Positions 1 through 11,800 of a DNA stretch of 64,000 bases are shown here, in pieces. Below the pieces are notes generated by a model that did no database searches, was not told the DNA's origin, and saw nothing but the letters and a program-made list of their open reading frames with translations. Within the stretch, counting starts at the first letter, position 1. Each line of letters opens with the position of its first letter. Location of the stretch: positions 186,001-250,000 of the forward strand of contig NMRA01000433.1 of the NCBI GenBank assembly GCA_002633005.1. Direction: 5' to 3'. The position numbers and the translations under genes are program-made. The stretch comes from Phoronis australis (taxonomy: Eukaryota; Animalia; Phoronida).

Positions 1-103
1 AATCGGTCTATATCCACATCGCCTCGCATGCGGTCGACCTTACCTCGCCAAGAGGTGTCGCGTTAACCTGTGAGGAAGGTGAGAAACGACGCTAGCGACG
101 TCA

Positions 104-1649
104 GTGGTTCATATGCAGAGTGAATGCCGCTATGTTGCGGTGCATCATTCTCGCTTGTCCGAAACACTAAGCAGCTACGAGGAAATCGGGTATATCGTTT
201 TTTTTTTACTTCCTCGAGAGTCTGAAATGCTTAGGAAGTGGCTCATGGCAGTGAAGAATGAAATGTACGCTGTAAAGAGCAAGTATGAGGCCGTCGTGAA
301 ACATCTCCGTGTCTTTGGCCTGCAGACGTCGACAGTGCAATGCCGGCTTACCAAATAACTCCATACGTTCCGTTGTCTGAGCTTGTTCACGGCACCTCTC
401 TAGTATTTCTTCATCACTGTATTCCTGTTCGAATTGATAGCCTGTAAAACTTGACGATCACCAGCGAAGTCGGGACTGATGAGCTCTAGCTCGTCCTTAG
501 TCGGGATTGCAACTGTTGCCATGTTGGCGTTTATTACTCAGCGTTCTGTTTCAAAATGAATTATTCTCACCCTAACCAATAGTTATATAAAACTGAAACA
601 AAGTCTGTCTCATTAGATGCAATTTGTAATGCTTTTGCAGTGTTCGTGAGTGCAAATGATTTGAAAAGCCAGCAATGAATAAATCACTGCGTTACCGGCT
701 TTAGGCGGTGCAATAAAACTAGTTGACGGGACACCGAGGCCGTGTGAGCTCATGCTTATTTAGTGTTTGCTGGCAGAAACTATTGTGAAACAACTCCATT
801 TCCAACCCACGACCAGGTGTTAGGGGAATCTTTATTAACAATTACATTACTCAAATAATGATGGTCGATGTACAACTTCTGCCCTGACGGTGCTGTGGCC
901 AAAGCGGAACCTGAATTTGTGGCCCCCGACGAGTAAGTAGATTTGCAAATTTGGCTAATTCACATAAATAATTATGTGTACATTACTTTGGCTCACTAGT
1001 ATGGTATTTTCTTGACTGGAAGTTTAGTTTCCACTGAACTTTGGCTGGTTTATGTTCGTGATGTCTGATCAGTTTCCGAGCCACTGGCCGCGTCAACGCC
1101 GGAGTCTATCCGGGCGGCCGCGACGGGCCTGATCGGGCTCCGAGCCACTGGCCAAGATAACAATCGTTTTGTGCTTAGAACTAAAAAAATCACAAGTCTA
1201 AAAAACATAAATCTAGGTTCTCCTGTCTGTATCTCACGGAAAATACTTTGAAATTATCTCCGAACAGACCCCAAACTCCTGCTACGGACCTAGTTGGCCT
1301 GCCGAACTTTGTAGGCTACGGTGTGTCCAAATACCAATAAATCCGTAAGAGCGAAATAAAACAACACGTTTTTATACGAACTCGGTGTATTTTTAAGGGT
1401 TTTACATCGAAGTTTGATGATTTATTGGTGTTAAACGATGACTTCAAGCGATAAGCTGACACCAGTAACCCGTTTTGTGAACTGCTGAACAAGACTGCGT
1501 GTGAAACCGATGACGTCATTGGATAATTTCAACACCTCTGTCTGCCGTCAGGTGTCAGGCAACGCAACCGTACGTGTCGTTATGGAGCAGAACTACTCGA
1601 TCTAAATTGATACAACTTAGGGTGTTTTTTGGGTGGCATGCTCCTTTAA
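104..1649. mobile_element. Kolobok-like DNA transposon end with degenerate THAP remnant (+) and antisense acidic exon remnant (-)
   Basis: Terminus GGGTGGCATGCTCCT followed by TTAA (1646-1649); frameshifted MPLCC...LPRESEMLRKWLMAVK...LRVFGL (THAP-like); minus-strand ATG at 522 then GYQFEQEYSDEE and a gtaagc donor at 351. Confidence 0.45.
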
Positions 1650-3195
1650 GAACTCTTTGGTGCTTCATACGAAGGACACGCAGAAACCACCATGATGGTC
1701 GGTGTAACCTGCTGCCCGATCTGCTGGGCCGTAATGCATTGTGGGTTGAACAGTGTGTAATAAAATGAAGTGTCATTAATCTCTTGTTCAACATCATCTG
1801 TAGCATGTCAAAGGTGATGTTAGTTTTAAGCGAGGGTTACCAGTAGGCTACTTGTACTTAGTTAAGGTGAGGTAACTTTTGCAAATAGTAGTCTGTATCA
1901 ACTATTCAAGTATCAATGCTCAGTTTATAAATTAACGCGGCGACTTCACTGTTGTTCACTTGAAATCTCCAGTTTGGAGTGGAGCCATAAGTAGCTGAAT
2001 TGTACCTGCTCACTGGATATCCGATCCCAGCATTTACTCTTTCCTCAAATTCCTTAGTACTTGGCATGCTTTCTACATGTTGGTTACAGACTCCATGTGC
2101 TACACTTTTGGTTGTAGGTAGGTGTCAGCAGGTGTAGATGGCGGACGCCGGGAAGCAACAGAAGAGAACGGGCCGCCTGTGAAATGGGACAGACCGAACT
2201 TTTGTTCAAAAATATATTCTCAGTTTTGTGTAAAACGCTGCTCTTAAATGAGAATTGTCTTCAAGTGCGAGAGATATGCATGTGAGCAAAACACACTCGG
2301 CTGGCTTAACTAGGATACCGAACGTACCCCGGGCCCCCAAAAACTCGTTCTTCGCGCCCCGTCTACTCCTAGAAAAGAAAACCTATCAGTGTCAAACCTC
2401 AAATAAATTTGACACAAATTACGCTCTGGTATTTGTTAAGTTAGTAATGAATTAGGAGATTCTGGAAATATGAAAATAACAAATTTAATACTTAATATCG
2501 AACCCTTGCATGCATCTCAGTTCAGTTTTATTCCCCGGTAATTTCATACCGTCGGACCGGCTCACACCACGTCACGAGTGGAAAAAGTTATACGAGAGAC
2601 TGTCGACTTTGTGTTACATGGACAGCATAGCATATGAATAGCTTCTTTGATGAACACTCGGTCGTGAACAAGTCGTAATGGATGAAAACATACGTAACCG
2701 TTAAAGAGGTGCATTTGTCCAAAGAATGTACCACACAGGGAGGACTCGAACGAGCCCTCGTTTGGCGAAGTGGGCAAAAAGGTCCGCCTCAGAGAAACAA
2801 AAACTCCGAAAAATAGAAAACGAAATAAAAGTTCACTAAGAAGACAAGAACTACCAAAATTCGGCGAATGCACACCCCTTAGCTCTGAACGTAGCCTATC
2901 AATCTTAGCACAAGGTCCACATTCTCAAAAATTGGCGCCCCCCATTTTTCAGTCTGAGTGCGCTTGGTAAAATCTCACGTATTTCCGCAATGAAAAAATC
3001 TTCGTTTTTACAGTTTTCAAGCTTGCCCGATCTAGGAGAAATTCCATACAAAGAATACTTGGTTATACCAATGAGTAATAATGAAAATAATGATCATGCT
3101 CCAGAGTAAAACACTGAACCACCAATCCCAAACAAAAAGCATAACCTAAAATAGGATAAATCAAACGACTACCAGCCACAATCGTATTGGAGAAC

Positions 3196-3201
3196 TTTAT
3201 T
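3196..3201 (-). promoter_or_regulatory. Probable laminin polyadenylation signal (AATAAA), implying ~2.4 kb 3'UTR
   Basis: TTTATT on + strand followed on the minus strand by a GU/U-rich tract (tgtggctggtagtcgtttg); other AATAAA candidates exist near 4548 and 4814. Confidence 0.5.
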
Positions 3202-5554
3202 AGGCAAAAATGAGTTTTGGCAGTGTTACAGTACAAAATCATAAGATTAGAAACAAAAGAGCTGACGACAGTTACTTGTAACAGGTCAGTAGAATTTGTT
3301 GTTAAATTACGCTACAAAACTGACAGACGAAACTTTTTGAAAATATGTTATCTAAAAATATACAAAATACGATGTTTAAATGGTACTTTAGATCTACGCA
3401 TGTATGCCATAAAAATCACAAATTTGGGACATGATAAGACAGACAACTGAAACTATTTTGCCAAATAACCCAATAATAACTCAATGACTGTGTTTAGCTC
3501 TTTTGCTTTTTGATGATAGCGCCAAAAAACAGTCTAGTTTCCAATATTTACAGTAACATAGAAAAACGGCGAACATTTTGGTCCCAAATTGAATTCTTAT
3601 CGCACACCAATTCTAGTTTTGCAAAGGCTAACACTGAAGAGCTACAATTCGTTGTTTTGAAACCTATCTTCACAGAACACATCATGTTTGGAAACTAAAA
3701 CGGACTATTTTCAATAGAGAACTGTCTGAAGGATTCAGTAAAAGGAGAAGGTAATATACTCCCTGCACACTTAGGTTCACTGTTGCTGCGTGGGAGAGGG
3801 GAGACATAATACTGATTTTATGGTGGCAATAACATAGGTCTTCACAACTTAGAGGCCTGTCACACCAGAGTAGTTATCGGCGATCTCCAAAACGGGGTAA
3901 TAAAATCGAGAGAGAATCGGTAAATTGTCAGCCAACCTGAGCAAGACCCCATCCCTTTGAAGATGGTGCCGGATTAGAGGCAAATTTTGGCCAAAGTTGC
4001 CAATCCCCGACCATTTTTCGAGATCACTACGACTGTCTCAGACGTTCTGAGAATGAGTTTTGAGACAGAAGCTTGACTGGTCACAACAAAAATGACAGCC
4101 TACGGAGACGGACGTTAAATTGTAGGAACTAATACGGTTACTACTGCAACTACAGTACATGCTACAGGTAAAAGGACACACTTACGAAAATACCACATCA
4201 CAAAGACAAGGTGCACCCAGAATTCATCATAATAGTGATAATCAATCAATCGGAAATGAGCTGGAAAGTCGGCAGAATGAAAACTCTATTCTACAAGATT
4301 TTGTCACCGAGGCCATTCATTTCAATTCAAGTCAATTTTGCTGTAAGCTAGATCAACCGGCATGATGGGAAATCTCATGTTATTAGAAAACTTTGGAAAA
4401 GCACTGCATTCGTCAACATAAATTGTTTTAGTACTTGCATGCTTGCAGAGGTGGCACCACATCAGTAAGCACAAGGAAACCGATTTTTGAAACATTTATA
4501 AGTTCACCTTTCTGGATACAACTCACGCCAAAATGTGGAGAACGAAATTTTATTGAAAACAGCTACTCAATATATTCCCTACAAATACACTGGCCCACAA
4601 TCTGTTCATTGGTCCATGGCATACACAGTGAGGGTAAGGTCCCCATTATCAAGTATAAACAGTAAAACATTTATAACTGAGGATATTGTTGGAGCTGAAA
4701 TTTCTGAGCTGAGAAAAGAGCAGGCATTGCTTTTACTAGTAAGTTATTTAAAGACCAAAAATTTTCAATTGTTAGAAATTAAACCAAAATTACCCCAGAA
4801 TTTCTTGTACGAATTTATTATGGTGACAAAAATGAGTAGTTTTTACAGTAAAAGGATAATCCTCCTCGAAATGCAATGTCGGATGACAAACCTGATGAAA
4901 TCTGTTAAAAAAATTGGACCAAAATATATTGTAAATAAATGAGCATACGTTAGGATTTCAGTAATAAAATTACTGCAAAATACAAGTACTGTTCCATGTT
5001 CACTATTAAAACAATAAATATATCTAAAACAGTCTACAAAACACTACCTGTGCTTCTAAAAGGCACCTACAGCTTGTAAATATCAAAATATCACGGCACT
5101 TCTTCACTAATTTCGCACAAAAATTTGCTGAAATTCACTGTCAATTTTACAATGTCTAAATTCCTTGCTGTAAACAATGTAAATTTTGCCAAATGTTTTA
5201 GTTACGTCCTACAAACACTATGAACACAATTTCCATAATTTCTGTTTTTTGTAGGAAAAAATGACAAAACAAGATTTTCACTTGTCTGCCAAATTGTGTG
5301 CAAAATAGCAGAAGAATTACCCTACTAAAATGATGTTCATTAGGTCATGTGATGTCGCCAACAGGTGGCGTGCAGACCGGACTTAAAATGCTTATGATGT
5401 ACCCTACGAAACACGTACAAAAATGCTGGCAGCCACCAGAATAACAATTTTAATAACAATGTACAAGGTCCAAAAGATCTCTGAGTGCATAGATCCAATA
5501 ACGTCGCCAATATAGTCACGTGACCATCACATGACCTCTACCAGCGGCAGACTC

Positions 5555-5814
5555 TCAAGGTCCCTTCTCCAGTTCGATGTACTTAAAGCATCCCACGGGC
5601 AGCTTATCCCTGATCTCCTGCACGTTCGCCACGTCTTTCTCTAAACTGCCGAGCAGCTCTATCGCGCCATTTATCTGCCTCTGCTGTTCATTACTCATGT
5701 CTACCAACTGTTGGTAACGTGAATCGATGTTAGCCGCTTTAAGGTCGTCCTCGGCTTTCTTCAAGTTTGCTTCCAGCTCGAGAAGCTTTGCAGAATCGAT
5801 GAGATCAAGGTCAG
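5555..5814 (-). CDS. LAMC1: Laminin gamma last coding exon ([15 protein letters not shown]...[15 protein letters not shown])
   Basis: gtttcag| acceptor; TGA stop at 5555-5557; LPxxCF..E C-terminal signature. Confidence 0.95.
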
Positions 5815-8800
5815 CTGAAACGAATGAAGACAGGGAATAGATGAGTTGAGTCAAAGAGGGAGACAGTAGAGTAAACAACAGCAATAAAACCTGCAGATTT
5901 TAACTTAGTAAACATGCAAATTTTCTGAAAGTTGAAAGCCTGTTGAATTCGATTTTTGACTTTTTATCAATCTGTCAATAATTCTGACTTAAGTCTAACA
6001 ACACTGCTATTTCACTGCCACATAGTTTCCAGTCAAGGCTCAACGATTGTGCCACAAAGCACATCAAAGTCCAAGTCTCACAGTAATATAACCAAGTCAC
6101 TTTGAGCAACTACACTGCACTAGGAAGACAGTTGCTTCCCTCTACACCAGTTTACTACAGGGTATTCTCTAGAACTCAGTCTGCCAGCGTTATCCTCCAT
6201 CAACTGACCTAGTTGCACAAGAATAACATTGACTGTGTCCAACGCTGACTGAACCTTAGAGTTTGCATCCTCAGATGCCGTCTTCGCCTCGCCCGCCTTC
6301 ATCAGTGCCTGGAGGAAAGAGAAAGAGAGAGCAAAGTGTTATCACTAGCTGCTAGTCAATAACCCTGTAGTCATTAACAACTCTGCTTTAATACCAAATG
6401 TAAGTTTATCACTGAACAAATCATAGACATACATGCCACGTTGTTTTCATATCAATGACATTAACTATATTGAACAGCTAGACTCTTATACATATTGATA
6501 AAGCATAAAAATGGTTCCAGGTCATCAGTGCAATCTGTCCACCTGAGAGGTTTGCGCACGTCTGGTGCAAAGTTTACCGGATCACCTGTAAGTGCTTCTT
6601 TTACACTCTCAAAAACATTTGCGCATGGACGATGGAACCGGTGAAACAGTACTAAGCTTTTATTAAGTTGTAGATACACACTCCAATATTTTGTATAATT
6701 ATGATTTCATGCACAGCTTTTGGACCAATATCTGTGCACTATCTATCCCAATCCCTCACCTACATCCCGGTTGCATTACCAAGCCTACCCCACCCCCCCA
6801 GCGGCACTCTCTACGAGACTGCCTCCTAGTCCCACTCCCCACTTACCTACCTCCTAGTCCCACGTCCTGGCCAACCATGCCACTCCAATCAACTACTTTC
6901 TTCCTAGCTGCACTCCCTAGCCAAGTTTCCTACTCCAATCCCCAACCTACTTCCCAGCCATGCTCCCTAGCCACCCTCCCCACTCCAATTCCCCAGCAAC
7001 CTCCTTCAGGCCAATCTCTACTTGCTTACCTCCTAGCCCCAAAACCCAGACAGCTTTCCCAATCAAATCTCCCACCTACCTCCTAACCCCAATNCCAAGC
7101 CAACCTTCCCACTCCAACAATCCGCCACCTACCTCCTAACCCCACTCTCAAGCAAACCTTCCCACTTCAATCTTCCACCTACCTCTCTAGCCAGCTTACT
7201 GTCCTCCTTGGCCAGATCCGTCTGCTCAGTGATCTTCTGCTCCAGATCATCTAGCTCCATCATGAGCCGTGATGCCTCGCTTGTCTGTTGGAGTGCCTTA
7301 TCCTGGGCCTGTAATGCTTCTTTCTGTATCTTGGTTGCATCCTACAACAAACGCAAGAGTAAGACAGGTGACATTGACAGAAGTGGCGAATGGAAAGCAT
7401 TTTTTAACTCAGGTTTTGGTTTCATGTGGCAAAGCTCATGCACGTCATTCAAAATACGTTTCAGCGTCCAATAAAAAAGTTTCAGTCCTCGCACAATCAA
7501 AAAAAGGAACTCTGAAATTTGATTCATTTTCGCATTTCCAAAATTAAAAATCTTCGTCCACACGTTACGGCAGACAAAAAGTACTTAAAGACAGTCAGCA
7601 AAGTAAGGTGAATACCTAATTAATAAAAGATACGCCCAGAACACACATAGAAATGGAGCACTCTTAAGACTGAAACTTGGAGAAATTGAATAACAAATGA
7701 TAACGGTAATGGCGCTGGTTGTTGATGGTGAAGATGACGGCAAAAAATCTAAAGAAATCGTACAGAAAACTTAAAACTACGCCAAATTGAATCAATAAAA
7801 TACTAATGAGACAGTGACGGAATGTTGTGAAATAAAGTACGCCAAACAGAAAGGCAGACACATTACTTAGGCCTTCTCCTGGTCCATTGCAACAGACACT
7901 GCTCATACTCAGCAAGTCTACCAACCTGCTTGAAGAATTTTGCAAGTATTTAGATGTTTTTCCTTAGCTACGACAATTTTCACTAAAACTGCTTAACTTC
8001 CAAAGCATTCTGACTCTTGTAATGCTTTGGTAATTGAAACAACGAGGGAACATAAATGGTGTTCTGGTTTCATCACTGAACGAAACAAGCTGATGATAAT
8101 GATGATAATCACGACAATAATGATGATAATAATGACGAAGAACGTGAATGATGACGACTAGAATGATTAAGAAACATCGCTTTGTACAATGCATGTGAAA
8201 CCAACGAAAGTGCAGTCAGGAATCAGTAAGGGACAGCAGTCATCAGAAAATCTAAAAACCTCAAGAACAATAAGTCGTTGTAAAATGGAAAACAAACTTC
8301 AGAAAGCCCTTGACAACAAGAACCCTCAACGCAAATTCTAAAACGATCACCTGCAGGACAGCGGCGATTTAGCTCCGCAAAACAAAATATGCCTGATTTC
8401 AGGCAAAAACTTTGAGCGGTCGACGACACACATATTATGCGAATTATGTGAATTTCAGGCGAATCATAGAAGAGATGAACCTGTAGTACGCAAGACAAAG
8501 GAAAAAAATGGCACATCAAATAACTGGTAAAGAAGTGTCACACAATAAGCTCAACTGTTCGCTAAAATAAATTTTACAGCGATACCACTGCCCTCTATTA
8601 CCTTCTAAACAAATCACCAACAATAAGATCAAGCGTTCTAGTTTGACACAGAGCTCTATATTAGTAAAACACGCAATAACTCTGCTTACACCCGCTGCTT
8701 TCTGTGCCAATGCCTCGGCTTCGACTGCATCAGCAGCGGCCATATTGGCATCCGCCTCAGCACCCTTCACTGCAGCTTCTGCTTCCTTCGTTTTGTTTCT

Positions 8801-11800
8801 GGCAATTTGTATCTTATCCTCAATAGAGGGCACTAGCTTTAGTGCATCCTCCGCCTTGTCTTTGCTGTCCTGAACCTTCTGATCAAACTCCTGTAAGATC
8901 ATGTGATATCATGTGAATACAGATATCCATATCTCTAACAACATCATGTGGTAAGTGTACACAGACAGTATTCTACAGAAACTAGACAGAAAAAATGTAA
9001 ATCCAATTACAAATAAGCAATTAACAGCTATACACAGAGACTTAAGTTTGACGAAATCGCTACGCTAATATGATGCAATAAGACTACCCATGGCAAAAAC
9101 TTTGTCTAAGTGAGGCGGAGTCTTAAAAATTCAGTTAAAATCTGTCCAGTTTATTTTGAAAACTACGTTTACCAGAATTCAAACAATGACAATACACTAC
9201 CAGTACTGCAACGAAACACTAATACATCACGATAGCACAAAATTCACAGGGGGTAATAAAACAATTATCTTCTCTGCCAGGACCACAATCCTGGGTTAAG
9301 ATTTGTTCAGTTACACAGTCTAACATGGACAGTTGTATGACTAAGAGCAGCTTCACAAAGAACAACTCAAGGTTCACTTTCACCTAGACATTTTTTCAAA
9401 AAAGGTCATCTAGGCAAATGCTGAACAGTAATATCAGAATTTTATTGCATAGTTTTCATTCTATCAAAGCTTAAGTAAGTACAGTAGACCTTACTCTTTG
9501 ACAAGGGATAACGTCAGATTTGGAGTTGTATTCTCTCTAGCTGAACATGAAGACGCAAATCTCAGTGAAAATAAAACAGATTTATCGGTGATGTCACTCA
9601 GTGACATCTCAATACTTAACAGTGGTGATGGCACCATCGATAGCAGACTTGTGAAAAACAAGAGCATATATTCAATGTTTAATCATCGGAGTCTTTACAT
9701 CACCATAAACACATTCAGAAAATCTTTAATTTCTGTCAGCAGTCTACCGTTAATGCACGATATGAAACGTATTGATTGCGCTGAAAATTGCAAGACTTAA
9801 TACAGTGCAAATACATGTGCACGCCCTTTGGGCATACATAAAAACTAATCCACCAACCTTAAGTGTGTTCAGCGTGTTTTGTGCGTCCTTCAAGGTCTTC
9901 TCTCCTCTGGTAACCGCATCCTGAGCCTCTGCACGAGCCACATCTGCGTCTACTAATAGTTCATCGGCAGCCTAACAGAAATACAACATTTAGACGCTGT
10001 TTGACGGACGTCCTGAGTCTAATCATTGTATTCACAAGTCGAAATTATTTTGGACATTTTACATTCGACTTTAATACACAATCAAAAAGGTGTCTCATTT
10101 TTCTGTGCTATAATACAGGTCATCGAGTGCAAGGCAGCATTAGACAGACATCCACGTAAACCATAAACTCGAGCACAGAATAATAGAAAGCTAAATTATC
10201 TTGACTTTGCACAAAAGAAGAACAGAAAAAGTGAAAAACAATTTCAAGTGCGATTTCAAGTACAAAGAATAGATCTTGAGTACTTCATTATTGGCTGCTG
10301 AAGAAATCCTATTTGCTATTTTTTTTAAAGTGCATTGATTTTCAATATTCAAAGATGGCTAACATTTAAAAACAGTCATGTTGGACGTTTGCCTTACTTA
10401 TTGTTTGTTTTTTGACCTTGAAACTGGGTCTTACGCTAAACAGGCGCGTTGTTTACGACTGCAATTAATCAATACGCATTTGGCCAAGCCCTTGAATAGC
10501 GACTAGCTCATTTCAATCTGTGACAGCACCACTACTGAGGAATTCGTTGATTACTCTGGGGTAAACAGTGCACACTTTCTCATCCACTTATGTGCACATC
10601 CCGTTAGCGTAAGACTTGTCTAATCAGGCAACATAACCGGGCGAGACTACGATATGCAATTTGTGCGCTGTATGAATTTTTGTCCCAGGAGAACCCTGTA
10701 GACGTTCTAATGTAGAATGAATCGAGTAACACTAAACAATAGATGGAATCATAGATTACAGACAAGAGATTTGCAATTGCGACATTTTCTTATGTACAAC
10801 CCTAGAAGAGGCGCCACTCTCCTAAATTACCAATTTCAGCTTCCGGTTAGTGTATTGTGATAGGAAATTCTCGTATCTATTTTACTGTCCAGTACAATGA
10901 AAATAATTTCGGCATTGAAACACTGTTCAAAGTCTTTCAATAATAGAACTGTTAGTATCGCGAGTACTTTTGGCACCTGACCACACAACCGCCGGCCATG
11001 ATTAGCAGATGACGTACGTGCCAGAAGTAAAACTTGCTAATTTCACCAGGTGTCGCTAGTGAATAGAGATGTCACAGTTTATGCGTAAGATCACAGATTT
11101 CGTCCATTGCAAATGCACGGAGTTGGCGGTCCATGCACTATAGTATATGATGAAACCAATGTATTGAGATTGACAGTGCAGCCACAACCTTCATCACAGT
11201 GTCTTTAGCACTTTCTCAATTTGACTTCACATTCTAGCACACTGGATCAACTAGGGTCACTGTTTACAGCATGCAGTGTCGCCTAGTGGTATAGGTGTTG
11301 GCTTGCTTTACTCAAGGTAACCTTTGACCCTCACCTTTGGACGATCCTTACCTGTTGCTGTGCCTTTCCCTCCAGCAAGGTTTCTTCCACTTTACCAATC
11401 TGCTGGCGAGCATCGTCAATCAGATCTTGGTGACGATTCATGACACTGTTGGCTTCAATGGATAAATCTTCAGCCTGAAAATAACAATCATAACGTACAG
11501 AAGTTATTCTTTTCATGTAAAATTAAAGCTGGAATATATGCAGTTATTGGTGGCAATTGTTCTCATTGGGCCAGCAAATGAACTCTGTTCCATCCACGAT
11601 TTAAAAGAGATTGCAGGAGACTGGATGCCCAAACTGTATGGATGTGAGCAAGTCACATGGTCCATCCCATTGCACGAAACAAAAAAATTAAAATCCAAAT
11701 CAGATCACTTTTTGAAGATTAAAACTAGTTTATTGATAACATGCAACAGTGTCCACTGCCACTAAGAACATCCAGGGACGTGTTTTACAAAAAATAACTC

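Noticed and set aside
2180-3015. CpG-richer segment resembling a DNA-transposon relic
   Set aside because: Could not identify paired termini or a target-site duplication.
4535-4942. 135-aa plus-strand ORF
   Set aside because: AT-rich, non-ATG start, antisense to the laminin 3'UTR, no recognisable motif.
6691-7086. Pro-rich 131-aa ORF
   Set aside because: Artefact of the C-rich tandem repeat.
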